A DNA stretch of 64,000 nucleotides from Limnochordia bacterium (lineage in GTDB: Bacteria > Bacillota > Limnochordia > DTU080), in contig JBMNJG010000002.1 of the NCBI GenBank assembly GCA_050951545.1, positions 96,001-160,000 on the forward strand, read 5' to 3'. Shown one piece after another: positions 39,566 to 50,900 of the stretch. Numbering within the stretch: the first letter of the stretch is position 1; each line of letters begins with the position of its first letter. The position numbers and the translations under genes are program-made. Under the pieces are notes generated by a model that ran no database searches, was not told the origin of the DNA, and saw only the letters and a program-made list of their open reading frames with translations.

Positions 39566-42500
39566 CTACTTGTCAAACCAGATATCAACACTGATGCTCT
39601 CTGTAAAGGGAATGCCGATTCCTTCTGCATAGGGCCACTGAGGCGGCTGTGTATAGACGCCGGGTGAGATCAGTGAAGAGGCCGGGCGTCCGTCGGCGAG
39701 ATCCAGTCGGATCCAGAAGCGGCGCACCTTGAAGTAGTCGCGCTTAGGATTACGGATCTCGAAGGTATTACGAAAGCCTAGACTAGCAATGGCCGCCTTG
39801 GTCAGAGGGATGGCGCTGAAATCCCAGATGTTTTGTGTCTCGCTGCCGCCAGCTGGGGCCATGTTGCCCAGCTCGATGCCGTTGAGTACGGCGAATGAGC
39901 CGTAGGCGTCACCCGTGCCTGACAAGCCGATGCCATCATAAAACAACCAACCTCTTGTGGCTGAGCGCAGATCCTCAGCGGTCAATCCGCTCACGGGGAA
40001 GGGCCCTGGTTCACGGCGGTAGCCGGTCGGATCAAGGTCGAGTGTTCGCACAAAGGCCTTGTTCCGAGCTTCGATGCGCGCTTCGGCGACGCAGGCCCAG
40101 TCGCCTACAGAGTTATTAGCTTCGCCTACATCCGCAATCAACTTGAGACGTACGCTTTGTCCGGAAAAGGCCGATAGGTCACCTTCTAGCTCTAGCCACT
40201 CGTGTTTCGTGACGCGCTGCATGCCCACGATATGTTCTTCACCGTCAGGGGTGATGACCGCCACCTTGTAGAGGATACCGTCTCCGAGATCGCTTCCGTC
40301 TCCCTTGCCGACCCAGGCGCGTAACGCTGAAGGCTCATCAGGAATTGTCATTGGCTCGTAGAGTACGAAGACGTAGCCTGTGCCACCTACATAGGGCGGA
40401 TGCATGGTGAAGCCTTTGCGGGGAATCATGCCACAGGTGCGGGAGCCTAGGGCTACCGTGGCCCGGCTTGCAGTCATGTCGGCTGTCTCGCCTCTACCGC
40501 GCAGCGCCACGCCCACAGACCATTGCTTTGGCAGCTCTTCGAGCATAGGACGAGTGCGTGTGATCTGGAGGCCATACTCAACCTGCTCGCGCAGATCGCC
40601 CGCCCGCAGCTCTATTTCCAGGTAATCTATCATCTCATCGTCGGGTTCACCGAGATCAAAGCTGACCGTTGCCGGGTGGCCTGGCGCCAAGAACAGCTCG
40701 TGCGACACACCTGCCAAGGTGATCTCAACCGACGTGGCGTCGACTAGGTTGCTGCGCAGTGTGAGGTTGAGCGTGTTGTCTTCCAGTGTGGGAACAGCCT
40801 CAGCCAGTGGCACCACGACGAAGTCGATCCAGTGGTCTTCGATCTGCAGCCAAATGTGTTCGCCTGGTTGCGCCTCGACAGGGATGATGATCTCATGTTC
40901 TTGCACGCCACTGACTGTGACGCGCTCGCCTGCAACGACGTGGTCGCGGTCGCAATGGAGAGCCTGGTTTTTTCCTGGCCCCTGCCTTACGAGGTAGCTA
41001 AAGGCTCCCTCAACAGGTGCCACCCATGTCATTCCTCGAGAGTGACGCAGCTTTGCAGGGCCGAGCTCGCGGCCATCGAAGTCGAGGGCTATGGCGCTTT
41101 CCCCGTCGATAGCGAAGCCGCAGATGGCCCCCTCGTAGGGAATGATCTCCCATTCAGCGGGGCCGCTCTTGCGGCAGATGCATAGGCCATCGCCAGCGGC
41201 TTTGGCAAAGCGGGTAAAGGTACCTCGGGCGTCGACGTACAGGTAGGCTGGGGTGGCCGCGTAGTCAGCACGATGACCAACCGCATCGTCACTGATGACG
41301 TCGATGGCCCCATCAGCGCTCCAGCCTGCATAGCCGTTGGGCGGTAGGTCCAACTCCCGGTTGAAGGCGTTGACTCGCATGCGTTCGGTCGGACTGCCGT
41401 TGACGACGGTGACAGTCCCGTCACTATAGCGCGTAACGATCTGTGAGCGTCGATAGATACCAGAGGCGACCGCACTGCTCACATCGTGCAACTGGCCCAT
41501 AGCATCCGCGTAGAGAATGTGCTCTGCTTCAGCGAGGCAGTAGCGTGAGTGTAGTTGTTGGAGCATGTGGTAGCTGCGCAAGGTGTTCTGGAAGCCCCCA
41601 TCGCCTACAAGGAAGCCCGGGTGCCCGAAGGCGATCGTCGCGGCGAGGAAACGGTCTATAGAGGCGTCCATCTGCTCCGGAGTATCGCCGAGGCTGTAAT
41701 CTTGGCCGTAGAACATAGAGATGCTTCCCATCCCGAAGTTGCCTGCGAGCGGGTGCATCTTGCGCAAGTCGAAATCGACTAACCACGGCTGGGTGGGCAG
41801 ATCGTAGCCGCGATCTTGGGCGTAGTTGCCGTCAGTGAGACCCGAGTACATCCAGTGCATGTTGCCCTCAGAATAGACGGGGCCATTCCAGGCTTTTTTC
41901 TGGGTCAACATGATTTCCCCGTAGGAGTAGAAAACGGAGGCGAAGGTGCCCGCTCCGGGAACCCGATAGTCGTAATCTACCCGGGCCCAGGGCGAAACAG
42001 CAGTGTGCACGTCGCAGTAGGCGGTGGAGAAACCAAACTTCCCCTGAATTTGGGGGGCGAGCAGCTGATTGTATTCGACGGCTCGGGTTGGCTTTGGAGC
42101 GTAGCAGCGTCTCCAGGCGTGCTGGAGTTGGTTGTTCTGGTCGCGGTTGACCATATCAGTGCTCCAGAACTCATTTACTGGCGCAAAGTCAGTGAAATTG
42201 TTGTATGGGCCATAGACGTAGCCCAGCTCGTCTTGCATGAAGCGGGAGTAGGCCAAAGCGCCCTCATCGCCGCCCTTCTTTGGTGCAGCTTTGGTGCGGA
42301 AAGTAAAGCTCTCTTCACCGTCACGCCACATGGTCTCGTGGTCTGTCACTACCATCTCACGTATTCCCCAGCGGTAGTGTCTGCGCCAGTAGGCCATGTC
42401 CGTCTGGCGATTGCTTGCTCCGTGAGCACGCCACAGCTTGGTTCCTGTGATCTTCTTCCACGGGGAGGTCGGGTTGGGAATGTTAGGAAGTGTCTCTTCG

Positions 42501-43894
42501 TAGTGCGGCGTGAGAGTGACGAAGAAGCGCTCAAAGCAGTCATTGCGCTGCCCATTGGTCATGGGTAGGTAGCGGGTGCCTCCATTAGAGACGGCGCCAG
42601 TTTCGGTTATCTCAGCTATGGAAAAGGGGGTGCTAGCGTTTGAAAGGTACCAGTCTGTGTTACCAGTGAGAAACAGAGGGTTGTCGATCGGCCCCTCGAC
42701 GATCACGGCTGGACGTCCTTCACGGTAGTAATGGTAGTAGGGGTTCGTGACTAGCCTGGGGTTATGAAGACCTTGCGCTTGCCCGTAGCGTACCTCGGCT
42801 ACCACTCCACCAAGGGCTACGGTGTCCACAATGAGGGTCTTGCCCTGTAGGCGCCAGGTATAGGTGACTTCTGCTGACACACCTTGGGCACTTGCTCGCC
42901 AGCGAGAGACCACACTGTCACCGACACGCTCCGTGCCAAGGGGCTCGATGTGTTCGGGAGCTACAGCTCTGTTGCCAACCTGCAGGTAGATACCGCCGCC
43001 GACGAGGGGGTTCATCGTTGCATCGCGGCCAGACCAGTTGGCGGTAAGGTCGCCCCAGGTGCCAGTGCTGGGCGTGTAGTGCCAGGTGAGCTGGCCGTCA
43101 TCGCCGTGATAGCTGAAGACAAAGGTGTTGCCCTCTTGGCTCACGGCGTTGTGGAAGTTGCTTGTCAGGTTGTCTGGCAGAATCGTCTCCGGGCGATTTG
43201 GGAACGGTAGGCGATCTGGGCCTGTGTTGCTACCGGTACTTTGTCCGGGGAACATGTCGATGCCGCGCAGGGGGCGGGGCTCAAAGCTCAGGGCTGGCCA
43301 CTCTTCGGTAAAGACGGCCAGGTTATCGAAGTAGACCGTCCGATCGTCGGTGTTACGGCCGTTACGGATCAACAGATGGGAGAAACTGAAATCACCTTGA
43401 TGCACCTGAGTGATCTGATCGGGTGTCAGGCGGCGATGGCACAGAAACCACTCTTTCCATCGTATGCTGATTAGGTCAACAGCTAACAACCCACCCGAAG
43501 TGTCCTCAAAGACAGCCGTAATGGAAATGGAGGGCGTAGTGGAATCGGAGATTGTGTTGCCGTAGACCCACATTGTCACCGCGTCGAAATCGTCCTTGAT
43601 GGGGATCGGTCTGGGCGGCAGAATGCGTACCTCTGGACTCGAGCCCGTGGCCCGATAGGTGAGCTTGCCCACGTAGTCACCCCAGATGCGTTGGTCACGC
43701 GAGCGGCTGAAGGTAGCTTGGGCGTTCTTGGTCTCAACGCGCCAGCCACTGAGGTCCTCGAAGTCGACCAAAGGGGGGCGATCATCTTCGTGACGCCCTG
43801 CCCAGTCGAGTTCGTAGGGGCGCAGGCCGAATGCTGCGCATGGAGTCGCGGCGAGCAGGCCAGTGAGGAGTAGTGCGACGAGTAACGCGATCAT
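39566..43894 (-). CDS. Large secreted protein (1442 aa), putative glycoside hydrolase with NPCBM-like C-terminal module
   Basis: Signal peptide; central barrel-like region with YNNFTD, YCDVHT, VYSEG; C-terminal MHPPY...GDGSD.GDG...GDWA. Confidence 0.65.
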   Translation of the reverse strand: MIALLVALLLTGLLAATPCAAFGLRPYELDWAGRHEDDRPPLVDFEDLSGWRVETKNAQATFSRSRDQRIWGDYVGKLTYRATGSSPEVRILPPRPIPIKDDFDAVTMWVYGNTISDSTTPSISITAVFEDTSGGLLAVDLISIRWKEWFLCHRRLTPDQITQVHQGDFSFSHLLIRNGRNTDDRTVYFDNLAVFTEEWPALSFEPRPLRGIDMFPGQSTGSNTGPDRLPFPNRPETILPDNLTSNFHNAVSQEGNTFVFSYHGDDGQLTWHYTPSTGTWGDLTANWSGRDATMNPLVGGGIYLQVGNRAVAPEHIEPLGTERVGDSVVSRWRASAQGVSAEVTYTWRLQGKTLIVDTVALGGVVAEVRYGQAQGLHNPRLVTNPYYHYYREGRPAVIVEGPIDNPLFLTGNTDWYLSNASTPFSIAEITETGAVSNGGTRYLPMTNGQRNDCFERFFVTLTPHYEETLPNIPNPTSPWKKITGTKLWRAHGASNRQTDMAYWRRHYRWGIREMVVTDHETMWRDGEESFTFRTKAAPKKGGDEGALAYSRFMQDELGYVYGPYNNFTDFAPVNEFWSTDMVNRDQNNQLQHAWRRCYAPKPTRAVEYNQLLAPQIQGKFGFSTAYCDVHTAVSPWARVDYDYRVPGAGTFASVFYSYGEIMLTQKKAWNGPVYSEGNMHWMYSGLTDGNYAQDRGYDLPTQPWLVDFDLRKMHPLAGNFGMGSISMFYGQDYSLGDTPEQMDASIDRFLAATIAFGHPGFLVGDGGFQNTLRSYHMLQQLHSRYCLAEAEHILYADAMGQLHDVSSAVASGIYRRSQIVTRYSDGTVTVVNGSPTERMRVNAFNRELDLPPNGYAGWSADGAIDVISDDAVGHRADYAATPAYLYVDARGTFTRFAKAAGDGLCICRKSGPAEWEIIPYEGAICGFAIDGESAIALDFDGRELGPAKLRHSRGMTWVAPVEGAFSYLVRQGPGKNQALHCDRDHVVAGERVTVSGVQEHEIIIPVEAQPGEHIWLQIEDHWIDFVVVPLAEAVPTLEDNTLNLTLRSNLVDATSVEITLAGVSHELFLAPGHPATVSFDLGEPDDEMIDYLEIELRAGDLREQVEYGLQITRTRPMLEELPKQWSVGVALRGRGETADMTASRATVALGSRTCGMIPRKGFTMHPPYVGGTGYVFVLYEPMTIPDEPSALRAWVGKGDGSDLGDGILYKVAVITPDGEEHIVGMQRVTKHEWLELEGDLSAFSGQSVRLKLIADVGEANNSVGDWACVAEARIEARNKAFVRTLDLDPTGYRREPGPFPVSGLTAEDLRSATRGWLFYDGIGLSGTGDAYGSFAVLNGIELGNMAPAGGSETQNIWDFSAIPLTKAAIASLGFRNTFEIRNPKRDYFKVRRFWIRLDLADGRPASSLISPGVYTQPPQWPYAEGIGIPFTESISVDIWFDK

Positions 43895-44092
43895 CGGTGA
43901 TACCTCCGACAGTGGCAGGTCTAGCCTGCGCTGGATGCATCAGCTTTCGGCGGAGGCTCTGATTCCCCTTGAAAAATACGGCTTCGCCTCCCATGCTTCG
44001 GCGGCGGAAGCATGGCATGCACACAACCTGTCGAATGACTGTTGCGTGATGAAGCAAACTAGCATAACATGAGAAACAGTATTCTGCTGTAA

Positions 44093-44343
44093 ACACGATG
44101 ATGGGGACCATGGTCGTAGAGCTTGCCACAGAGAGCTGACGTTTGGTGCGAGTCGGTGCAGCCTGTGACCTATCCACCCCTGAGTGCGAGTGAGCCTCCT
44201 ACTTCGTCAGGTGAAACTCGCCGGGTAGCCCGTTATAGCACAACAAGGGTCTCGCTGAGGGGCGCTCAGAGTATCGACGCGTCCGGCAGAGGGAAACCAG
44301 GGTGGCAACGCGGCAAAACCGTCCCTGAAGGGGCGGTTTTTTG
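44093..44343 (+). ncRNA. T-box riboswitch (Ser, UCC specifier)
   Basis: Stem I with AGAGAGC and GGTGCGA motifs; specifier TCC at 44173-44175; T-box AACCAGGGTGGCAACGCG at 44295-44312; terminator 44313-44343. Confidence 0.93.
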
Positions 44344-44406
44344 CTTACCCTGAACGTAATAGGCACACGCTTACAGTACAAAGACAGAGGAAGGACGTGT
44401 TTCGTA

Positions 44407-45681
44407 ATGCTTGATCTCAAGGTCATTCGGGCCAATCCGGAGGCTGTGGCGCAAGCACTTGCTCGCCGGGGTGAGCAAGTGCCCATCGGTGAACTGCTGG
44501 AACTGGATCAACAGTGGCGGGATCGCTTGGGCGAAGTGGAGCAGCTCAAGGCTCGACGTAATGTAGTATCCGAACGCATCGGAAAAGCCAAAGGCCGGGG
44601 GCCGGAAGCTGCTGCGGCCATAGCCGAGATGAAAGAGGTTGGCGAGCGCATAAAGCTGCTTGACGCCGAGGTGCGAGATCTGGAGGTTCGCATAGGCGAC
44701 CTCCTCTTACGCATACCTAACATCCCCCACTCGGATGTACCGGATGGTTTTTCGGAAGCGGAGAACGTGGAAGTTAAGCGCTGGGGCGAGCCTACGAAGT
44801 TCGATTTCACACCAAAGGCACACTGGGACCTGGGAACGGATCTGGACATCTTGGACTTCGACCGAGCATCAAAAGTGGCTGGTGCCCGCTTCAGTTTTGT
44901 GAAAGGGCTGGGAGCACGGCTGCACCGTGCGCTTATCAGCTTCATGATCGATCTGCATACGCAAGAGCATGGCTATGTGGAAATCTTGCCGCCGTACATG
45001 GCCAACGCAGCTAGCCTTACTGGTACGGGTCAGCTGCCTAAGTTCGGCGAGGACATGTTCAAGGTGGAAGAGCGCGACCTGTATCTGATTCCTACTGCAG
45101 AGGTGCCTGTAACCAACTTTCACCGCGACGAGATACTCGATGGCGATAGCTTACCCCTTTACTACGTGGGCTTCTCTGCTTGTTTTCGCTCGGAGGCAGG
45201 GTCGGCTGGCCGCGATACTCGGGGCCTTATTAGGCAGCATCAGTTCGACAAGGTTGAGCTCGTGAAGTTCGTAAAACCCGAGACTTCCTATGAAGAACTG
45301 GAAAGGCTTGTGCACGAGGCCACCGAGGTCTTACGCCGCTTGGAGTTGCCGTACCGCATCGTCAAGATGTGTGCGGGCGATCTTGGCTTTACCGCGGCGA
45401 TGAAGTTCGACCCTGAGGTCTGGATGCCGAGTTACGGTCGGTATGTGGAGATCTCTTCGTGTAGCAATTTCGAGGATTTTCAGGCGCGAAGGGCGAATAT
45501 TCGTTTCCGAAGGGTACAAGGGCAAAAGACGGAGTTCGTACACACACTTAACGGCTCAGGTCTTGCAGTAGGCCGCACTCTGGCGGCGGTTCTGGAGAAT
45601 TACCAGAATGCAGATGGCTCGGTTACTGTTCCTGCAGCGTTGCGACCCTATATGGGAGGAGTTGAGAGGATCACGCCATAA
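44407..45681 (+). CDS. serS: Serine--tRNA ligase
   Basis: [63 protein letters not shown]. Confidence 0.98.
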   Translation: MLDLKVIRANPEAVAQALARRGEQVPIGELLELDQQWRDRLGEVEQLKARRNVVSERIGKAKGRGPEAAAAIAEMKEVGERIKLLDAEVRDLEVRIGDLLLRIPNIPHSDVPDGFSEAENVEVKRWGEPTKFDFTPKAHWDLGTDLDILDFDRASKVAGARFSFVKGLGARLHRALISFMIDLHTQEHGYVEILPPYMANAASLTGTGQLPKFGEDMFKVEERDLYLIPTAEVPVTNFHRDEILDGDSLPLYYVGFSACFRSEAGSAGRDTRGLIRQHQFDKVELVKFVKPETSYEELERLVHEATEVLRRLELPYRIVKMCAGDLGFTAAMKFDPEVWMPSYGRYVEISSCSNFEDFQARRANIRFRRVQGQKTEFVHTLNGSGLAVGRTLAAVLENYQNADGSVTVPAALRPYMGGVERITP

Positions 45682-45745
45682 ACCGGGGCGTGGCATGCAG
45701 GAGCCCAGTATGAGCGACCGCACAGAAGAGGGGGAGATTGACGTG

Positions 45746-47647
45746 ATGCACAAGCGCAGCAAAGGCACTGGTCTTGGGATCGCGCTCATGCTCGTGGCTT
45801 TGGCCGTCTCAATGAGCATGAGTGCACATGCAGGGGCAGGCTCCATCCCCAGTGTATACGGTGCGGATGCTAACCCCACAGGCGATCCGATAGGCGGTGG
45901 TGTGGGATATCGCCGCCTTGTCCTTCAGGGTGACTATCTGGTTTCTACCGCGGATGAACTGCTGGATGCCATGCGCCAAGTTCAAGCGGGCGAGGTGATC
46001 ATGGTGGCCTCGCAGGCAGAGATAGACATGACAGGTTACTCCAAGTTAGAGATCAAACCAGGTGTGACACTAGCCGGAGATCGCGGGTACGAGGGATCAA
46101 CTGGTCCGCTGATTTATACCGACGAGTTCAACACATACCCTCTGTTTTACGCAGGCGAGGGCGTGCGTATCACGGGCTTGCGTCTGCGAGGTCCCGACCC
46201 GGATACACAAGAGAGCGCGTACGTCCTGCCCAACTCATGTGCCATCGATACCCGAGCTCCAGGGCTTGAAGTGGACAACAACGAGATTTTCAACTGGTCA
46301 TATGCAGGTGTCTCTGTTCGCCACGGGCCTGCCCATGTGCATCACAACGTCATTCATCACGTGCGCCGAGCTGGACTGGGCTATCCCGTTGTGGTGAATC
46401 AGGGCACGGCGCTCATTGAAGCCAACTATTTCGACTGGTATCGCCACGCCATAGCGAGTACAGGTATGTTGACCGCTGGTTATGAGGCTCGTTACAACTG
46501 GGTTGGTCCGAATGCTACGAGCTTCGCCTTCGATATGCATGGCGGCGCTGACTTCTGTCCGAAGCGGGCCACGCCTTGCTCAACTCAGGAGAAGTTTATG
46601 GGCGGCGAGTGGATCAAGATCCATCACAACACTTTCGAGATCACCCATCAACGAGCCATTGGCATCCGTGGTGTACCTTTGCAGGGTGGGGATATTTATC
46701 GCAACTGGTTTGCGCACACCGATCCGAATGCAGCAGTTGGCTTTCGTAACTATCTAGGGAACGTATCAGTGCGCGATAACGCCTACGGCCCTGCGCAGGC
46801 GGTTGTCGACCGGTTCGTCGATGCGTCTCCATTTGTGCGTACCTGTAGTGGCTGGTGCAGTGTTACCAACCCTAATCTACCCGTGGTGAATGTGGTTGCT
46901 CCTATCAAAATTGGATTCGTGCAACCCTCACCTGAAGCCGGGTCCATTGTGACTGGTCAGGTTCCAGTAGAGGTGCAGGTAGAGACGGCAGGTTTCTTCG
47001 AGCTTGAGCGTCTGGAGATAAGGCTGGATGACCAACCTCTCTTTGTGGATCGTCGGGTACCTCAGGCTGGGGAACTGGTACTTGACACGTATGAGCTCGT
47101 GGATGGAAGTCACGATCTATCATTCACGGTCACAGGTACCCAGGGTGTGAAGCTGAGGGAAGAGTTCCGGTTGCATGTGGCCAACTGGTGGCAGAAGCAG
47201 GATCCGCTCAACCCGCCCGTGGAGAACGCTTGGTTTGGAACCATCGATCGCTCGATGACCATCGATCGATCATCTGGCTGGGTCTATGCCACGGATGACG
47301 TGGCCTCTCCTTTTGATGATGACGGGAGGCTTGTGCGGAGAGAACATACAGCAGAGTATCTTGAGTGGGAAGCACCATGCTGGAGAGAGTCAGTGGTCAC
47401 CCTCTATGTGCAGGGGAGCTTGGGCGAGAACTGGGTGAGTCTGAGCACTTCCGTCGACGGGGAGACCTGGGCGAGCATTCCCTGTGAGGTGAGTAGCGCC
47501 GAGCGGGTTGGAGAGTGGACACGCTATGTGCTAAAGAGTACCCCAGCTGTGATTCCCGAAGCCGACTTCTTTCGATTGGATATCTCAGAGAATGCCCCTG
47601 TGGCTGGCCTCCAATTGGGTGAGGTGCACTTGCGCGGATGGAAATAG
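45746..47647 (+). CDS. Secreted right-handed beta-helix protein with Ig-like and C-terminal beta-sandwich domains
   Basis: Signal peptide; YGADANPTGDPIGGG, EVDNNEIFNW, VHHNVIHH, IEANYFDWYRHAI parallel beta-helix repeats. Confidence 0.75.
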   Translation: MHKRSKGTGLGIALMLVALAVSMSMSAHAGAGSIPSVYGADANPTGDPIGGGVGYRRLVLQGDYLVSTADELLDAMRQVQAGEVIMVASQAEIDMTGYSKLEIKPGVTLAGDRGYEGSTGPLIYTDEFNTYPLFYAGEGVRITGLRLRGPDPDTQESAYVLPNSCAIDTRAPGLEVDNNEIFNWSYAGVSVRHGPAHVHHNVIHHVRRAGLGYPVVVNQGTALIEANYFDWYRHAIASTGMLTAGYEARYNWVGPNATSFAFDMHGGADFCPKRATPCSTQEKFMGGEWIKIHHNTFEITHQRAIGIRGVPLQGGDIYRNWFAHTDPNAAVGFRNYLGNVSVRDNAYGPAQAVVDRFVDASPFVRTCSGWCSVTNPNLPVVNVVAPIKIGFVQPSPEAGSIVTGQVPVEVQVETAGFFELERLEIRLDDQPLFVDRRVPQAGELVLDTYELVDGSHDLSFTVTGTQGVKLREEFRLHVANWWQKQDPLNPPVENAWFGTIDRSMTIDRSSGWVYATDDVASPFDDDGRLVRREHTAEYLEWEAPCWRESVVTLYVQGSLGENWVSLSTSVDGETWASIPCEVSSAERVGEWTRYVLKSTPAVIPEADFFRLDISENAPVAGLQLGEVHLRGWK

Positions 47648-47994
47648 AGTGGTGTCTGAGGAGCCGGGTGGTCTCGAGAAGCTTAGGAGGAAAACGTGGA
47701 TTTCCTCTTGTTTCGGTAACAGCGAGAGACCTTCTGGGACAATAATTCTGAGCCCCACGCTGAGTTTTTCACCCGATTGGAGGCTGATGGGCCTCGACAA
47801 AGGCGAGTCATCATTTCGCATTCCCGACATGTAGAGGAAGGGATTGGTAACCGCGTTACGAAGTAAATAAGAACCAAGATTGTCGTGATAATCCGTTGGG
47901 TTGCGTCGAGTGAGTTGGGCGGGCTACAGGGTTACAGGTAAGTGGTGAAGTGGACACGATGACGCCCTTGAATCTGGAATGAGGAGGCAGACGT

Positions 47995-50900
47995 ATGCAC
48001 AAGAGGGGACTGGCAATGGCGGTGGCGTTGATTGCCGCAATTGCCTGCGTCTTACCCGGAGTAGCAGCAGACAGTGTGTTCAATGATGTACCTAGCGATC
48101 ATTGGGCTTATGATGCAGTGGGCCGGCTTGCTGCGGCAGGCTTGGTAGAAGGCTACCCAGATGGTTCGTTTGGTGGCGAGCGCACGTTCACTCGCTACGA
48201 AATGGCCATGGTTTTCTCCCACATCGTAGACCGTCTCGACAAAAATGTGGAAGAGCAAGTCGGACAAGAGGTGGCGGCTAGATCCGCTGACCTCGATCGA
48301 AAAGTCGCTGACGCTGCAGTCGAGGCCCGCAAGGCATTGGCCGCCGCTTTAGAGGCTCAGTCTAAGGCCAATAGGGCAGCCGATGCCGCCGCTGATGCAT
48401 CAAGCGCTGCGGAAGAGGCAGGTAAGCAAGCTCTAGCGGCAGACAGCAAGGCGGACCAAGCGTTGCGCCAAGCCGAGGCAGCGCTCGACGCGAGCAAGGC
48501 GATGCAGGAGGTAGCGCAGGCAGCTAAGCTAGTGGCTGACGAAGCCTTGGCTCTGGCGAAGCAGCCAGCGGGCACTGCTCAGGTAGTTGAAACGGACCCG
48601 GCTCTCGTTGAAGAGGTCAAAGCGCTTCGGGAACTGGCGAATGAAGCCAATGCCGCCGCCAAACGCGCGGAAGCGGCAGCCGAGGCTATCAAGCAGCAGC
48701 ATGCAGAGGATTTCAACGAATGCCAAGCGGCTATCGTGGAGGCCAAGGCGGTTGCAGCCAAAGCCGAGACGCTGGCGAAAAACGCAGCGACCTCAGAGGA
48801 GTTAGCTGCTGTTCGGCAAGCGGCGCAGGATGCAGCTGATGCTGCAGATCGTGCCGAGAAGCTGGCGCAGTCAGCAGCTCAGCTTGAGGACGTAGCTCAG
48901 ATTGCAGCCAAGGCGAACGATGCTCTGGCGTTGGCTGCAACGGCAGACGCTCGGGCTCGAAACGCACAGGCAGAAATCGATTATGAGAAACGCTATCGCT
49001 ATGATGATTCGGCTAAAGTAGTCATGCGTGATTTCGTCAAGCAAAGCATTATCGAAGAGACAGACGCCATTAAGCGCGACGCACCAGCTTTGGCCAAGCG
49101 TGTGCTGGCTCTCGAAGGCAAGGCAGATGAAGCCATCTCTGCCGAAGAAGCAGAGCAGATCGCTATCCGAGTGGTAGGCGAGCGCATAAGAACAACAGCG
49201 GGCGATGCAGGTGCTCAGGTGGTAGCCTGTGATGTTACACAGGGCGATCTGGACGCCGTACGCACCCTTGTCGATCAGAAGGCTGCTGCTCTGAACAAGG
49301 ACATGGAGCAGCTTGACAAAGAGTACGCTGCCGAGCTACAGGCACTCGCCAGAAGGGTGGCTAGCCTCGAAGAGCGTCTGGCGAAGATTGATGAGAGAGT
49401 GACCCAGTTGGATTCGGCTCCATCTGATGCCGGACAAGTACAGGGTCTCGATGCTATTGAAGATGACTTGGCAGCTCTGCGGGTCGAAGTTGCAGCGCTG
49501 ACAGGTAATGTGGTCGGTACGCAGTCCGATGTGGCTAAGCTAGCGCAAAGACTAGACGCCAGTGAGGCTAATGTGGCATCCGTAAAATCAGAGGTAGGGG
49601 CACTGGATCAGCGGGTCAAGGCGGGCGAGGATGATGTTGCAGAAGTCCGCGCCGAAGTTGCTGCGCTGACAGGCAATGTGATCGATACGCAATCCGACGT
49701 AGCCAAGCTGGCTGATAGGTTGAGTGCCACCGAGTCTGGTGTTGCGAAGCTGCTGGCAGCTGGCAAGGTCGAGCCTGCGGTGGCCGCATCCGGGGTCGCA
49801 CAGGCTGATGTAGACGCCGTAAAGGCAGATCTGGCTTCGGTGAAGTCGGATGTCAGCGATCTGGGTCAGCAGGCAAAGGCCACCGAAGATGGTCTGGCAG
49901 CTACCCGTACAGAGGTTGCTGCACTGACAGGTAATGTGGTCGGCACGCAGTCTGATGTAGCGAAGCTAGCGAACAAGCTGGAGGCGACTGAGGCTGATGT
50001 AGGCGAGCTGACTGGCGAAGTGGAAGCCATCGGCGCCGATGTGGATGGTGTGAAGGCAGATCTGGCTTCGGTGAAGTCGGATGTCAGCGATCTGGGTCAG
50101 CAGGCAAAGGCCACCGAAGACAGTCTGGCAGCCACCCGCGCTGAGGTTGCTGCACTGACAGGTAATGTGGTCGGCACGCAGTCTGACGTAGCTGGCTTGG
50201 CTCGGCGTGTAGAGGATCTTGAGGGTAAGCCAGACCTGTCCGGCAAGATCGATGTTGTCGAATCGGATGTGGCTTCTGTGAAGTCGGACCTTGGCGATCT
50301 GGGTCAGCAGGCAAAGGCCACCGAAGATGGTCTGGCAGCTACCCGTACAGAGGTCGCTGCACTGACAGGTAATGTGGTCCGCACGCAGTCTGATGTAGCG
50401 AAGCTAGCGAACAAGCTAGAGGCGACTGAGGCTGATGTAGGCGAGCTGACTGGCGAAGTCGAAGCCATCGGCGCCGATGTGGCTTCTGTGAAGTCGGACG
50501 TCAGCGATCTGGGTCAGCAGGCAAAGGCCACCGAAGATGGTCTGGCAGCTACCCGTACAGAGGTTGCTGCACTGACAGGTAATGTGGTCGGCACGCAGTC
50601 TGATGTAGCGAAGTTGGCTGGCCAGGTCGGTGCCATTGACGCTGATATCACCACCACCAAGCGCGAGTTGGGTGCCGTTGAAGAAGAACTGGAGACAACT
50701 CAGCGTAACCTGACGGTAGCCAAGGCTGAACTGGATGGCTTGCGCAGGGAAATCGGTAGCACCAGGGCTGAGTTGGCCGATGTAGACAAGGATCTCCAGA
50801 CAGTGAAAGACGATCTAGGTCCAATCTGGCGGTGGTTCGAAGCCACAAGCAGGACATTCGACGCGGAGCTAGTCTACAATAGGGTTCGCGGAAACAGCCT

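Noticed and set aside
47846-47861. cre (CcpA) site GTAACCGCGTTAC upstream of the ompM-like gene
   Set aside because: The palindrome is real, but its spacing does not fit the 14-bp cre consensus. It lies within the sigmaH-like promoter spacer and is a single instance.
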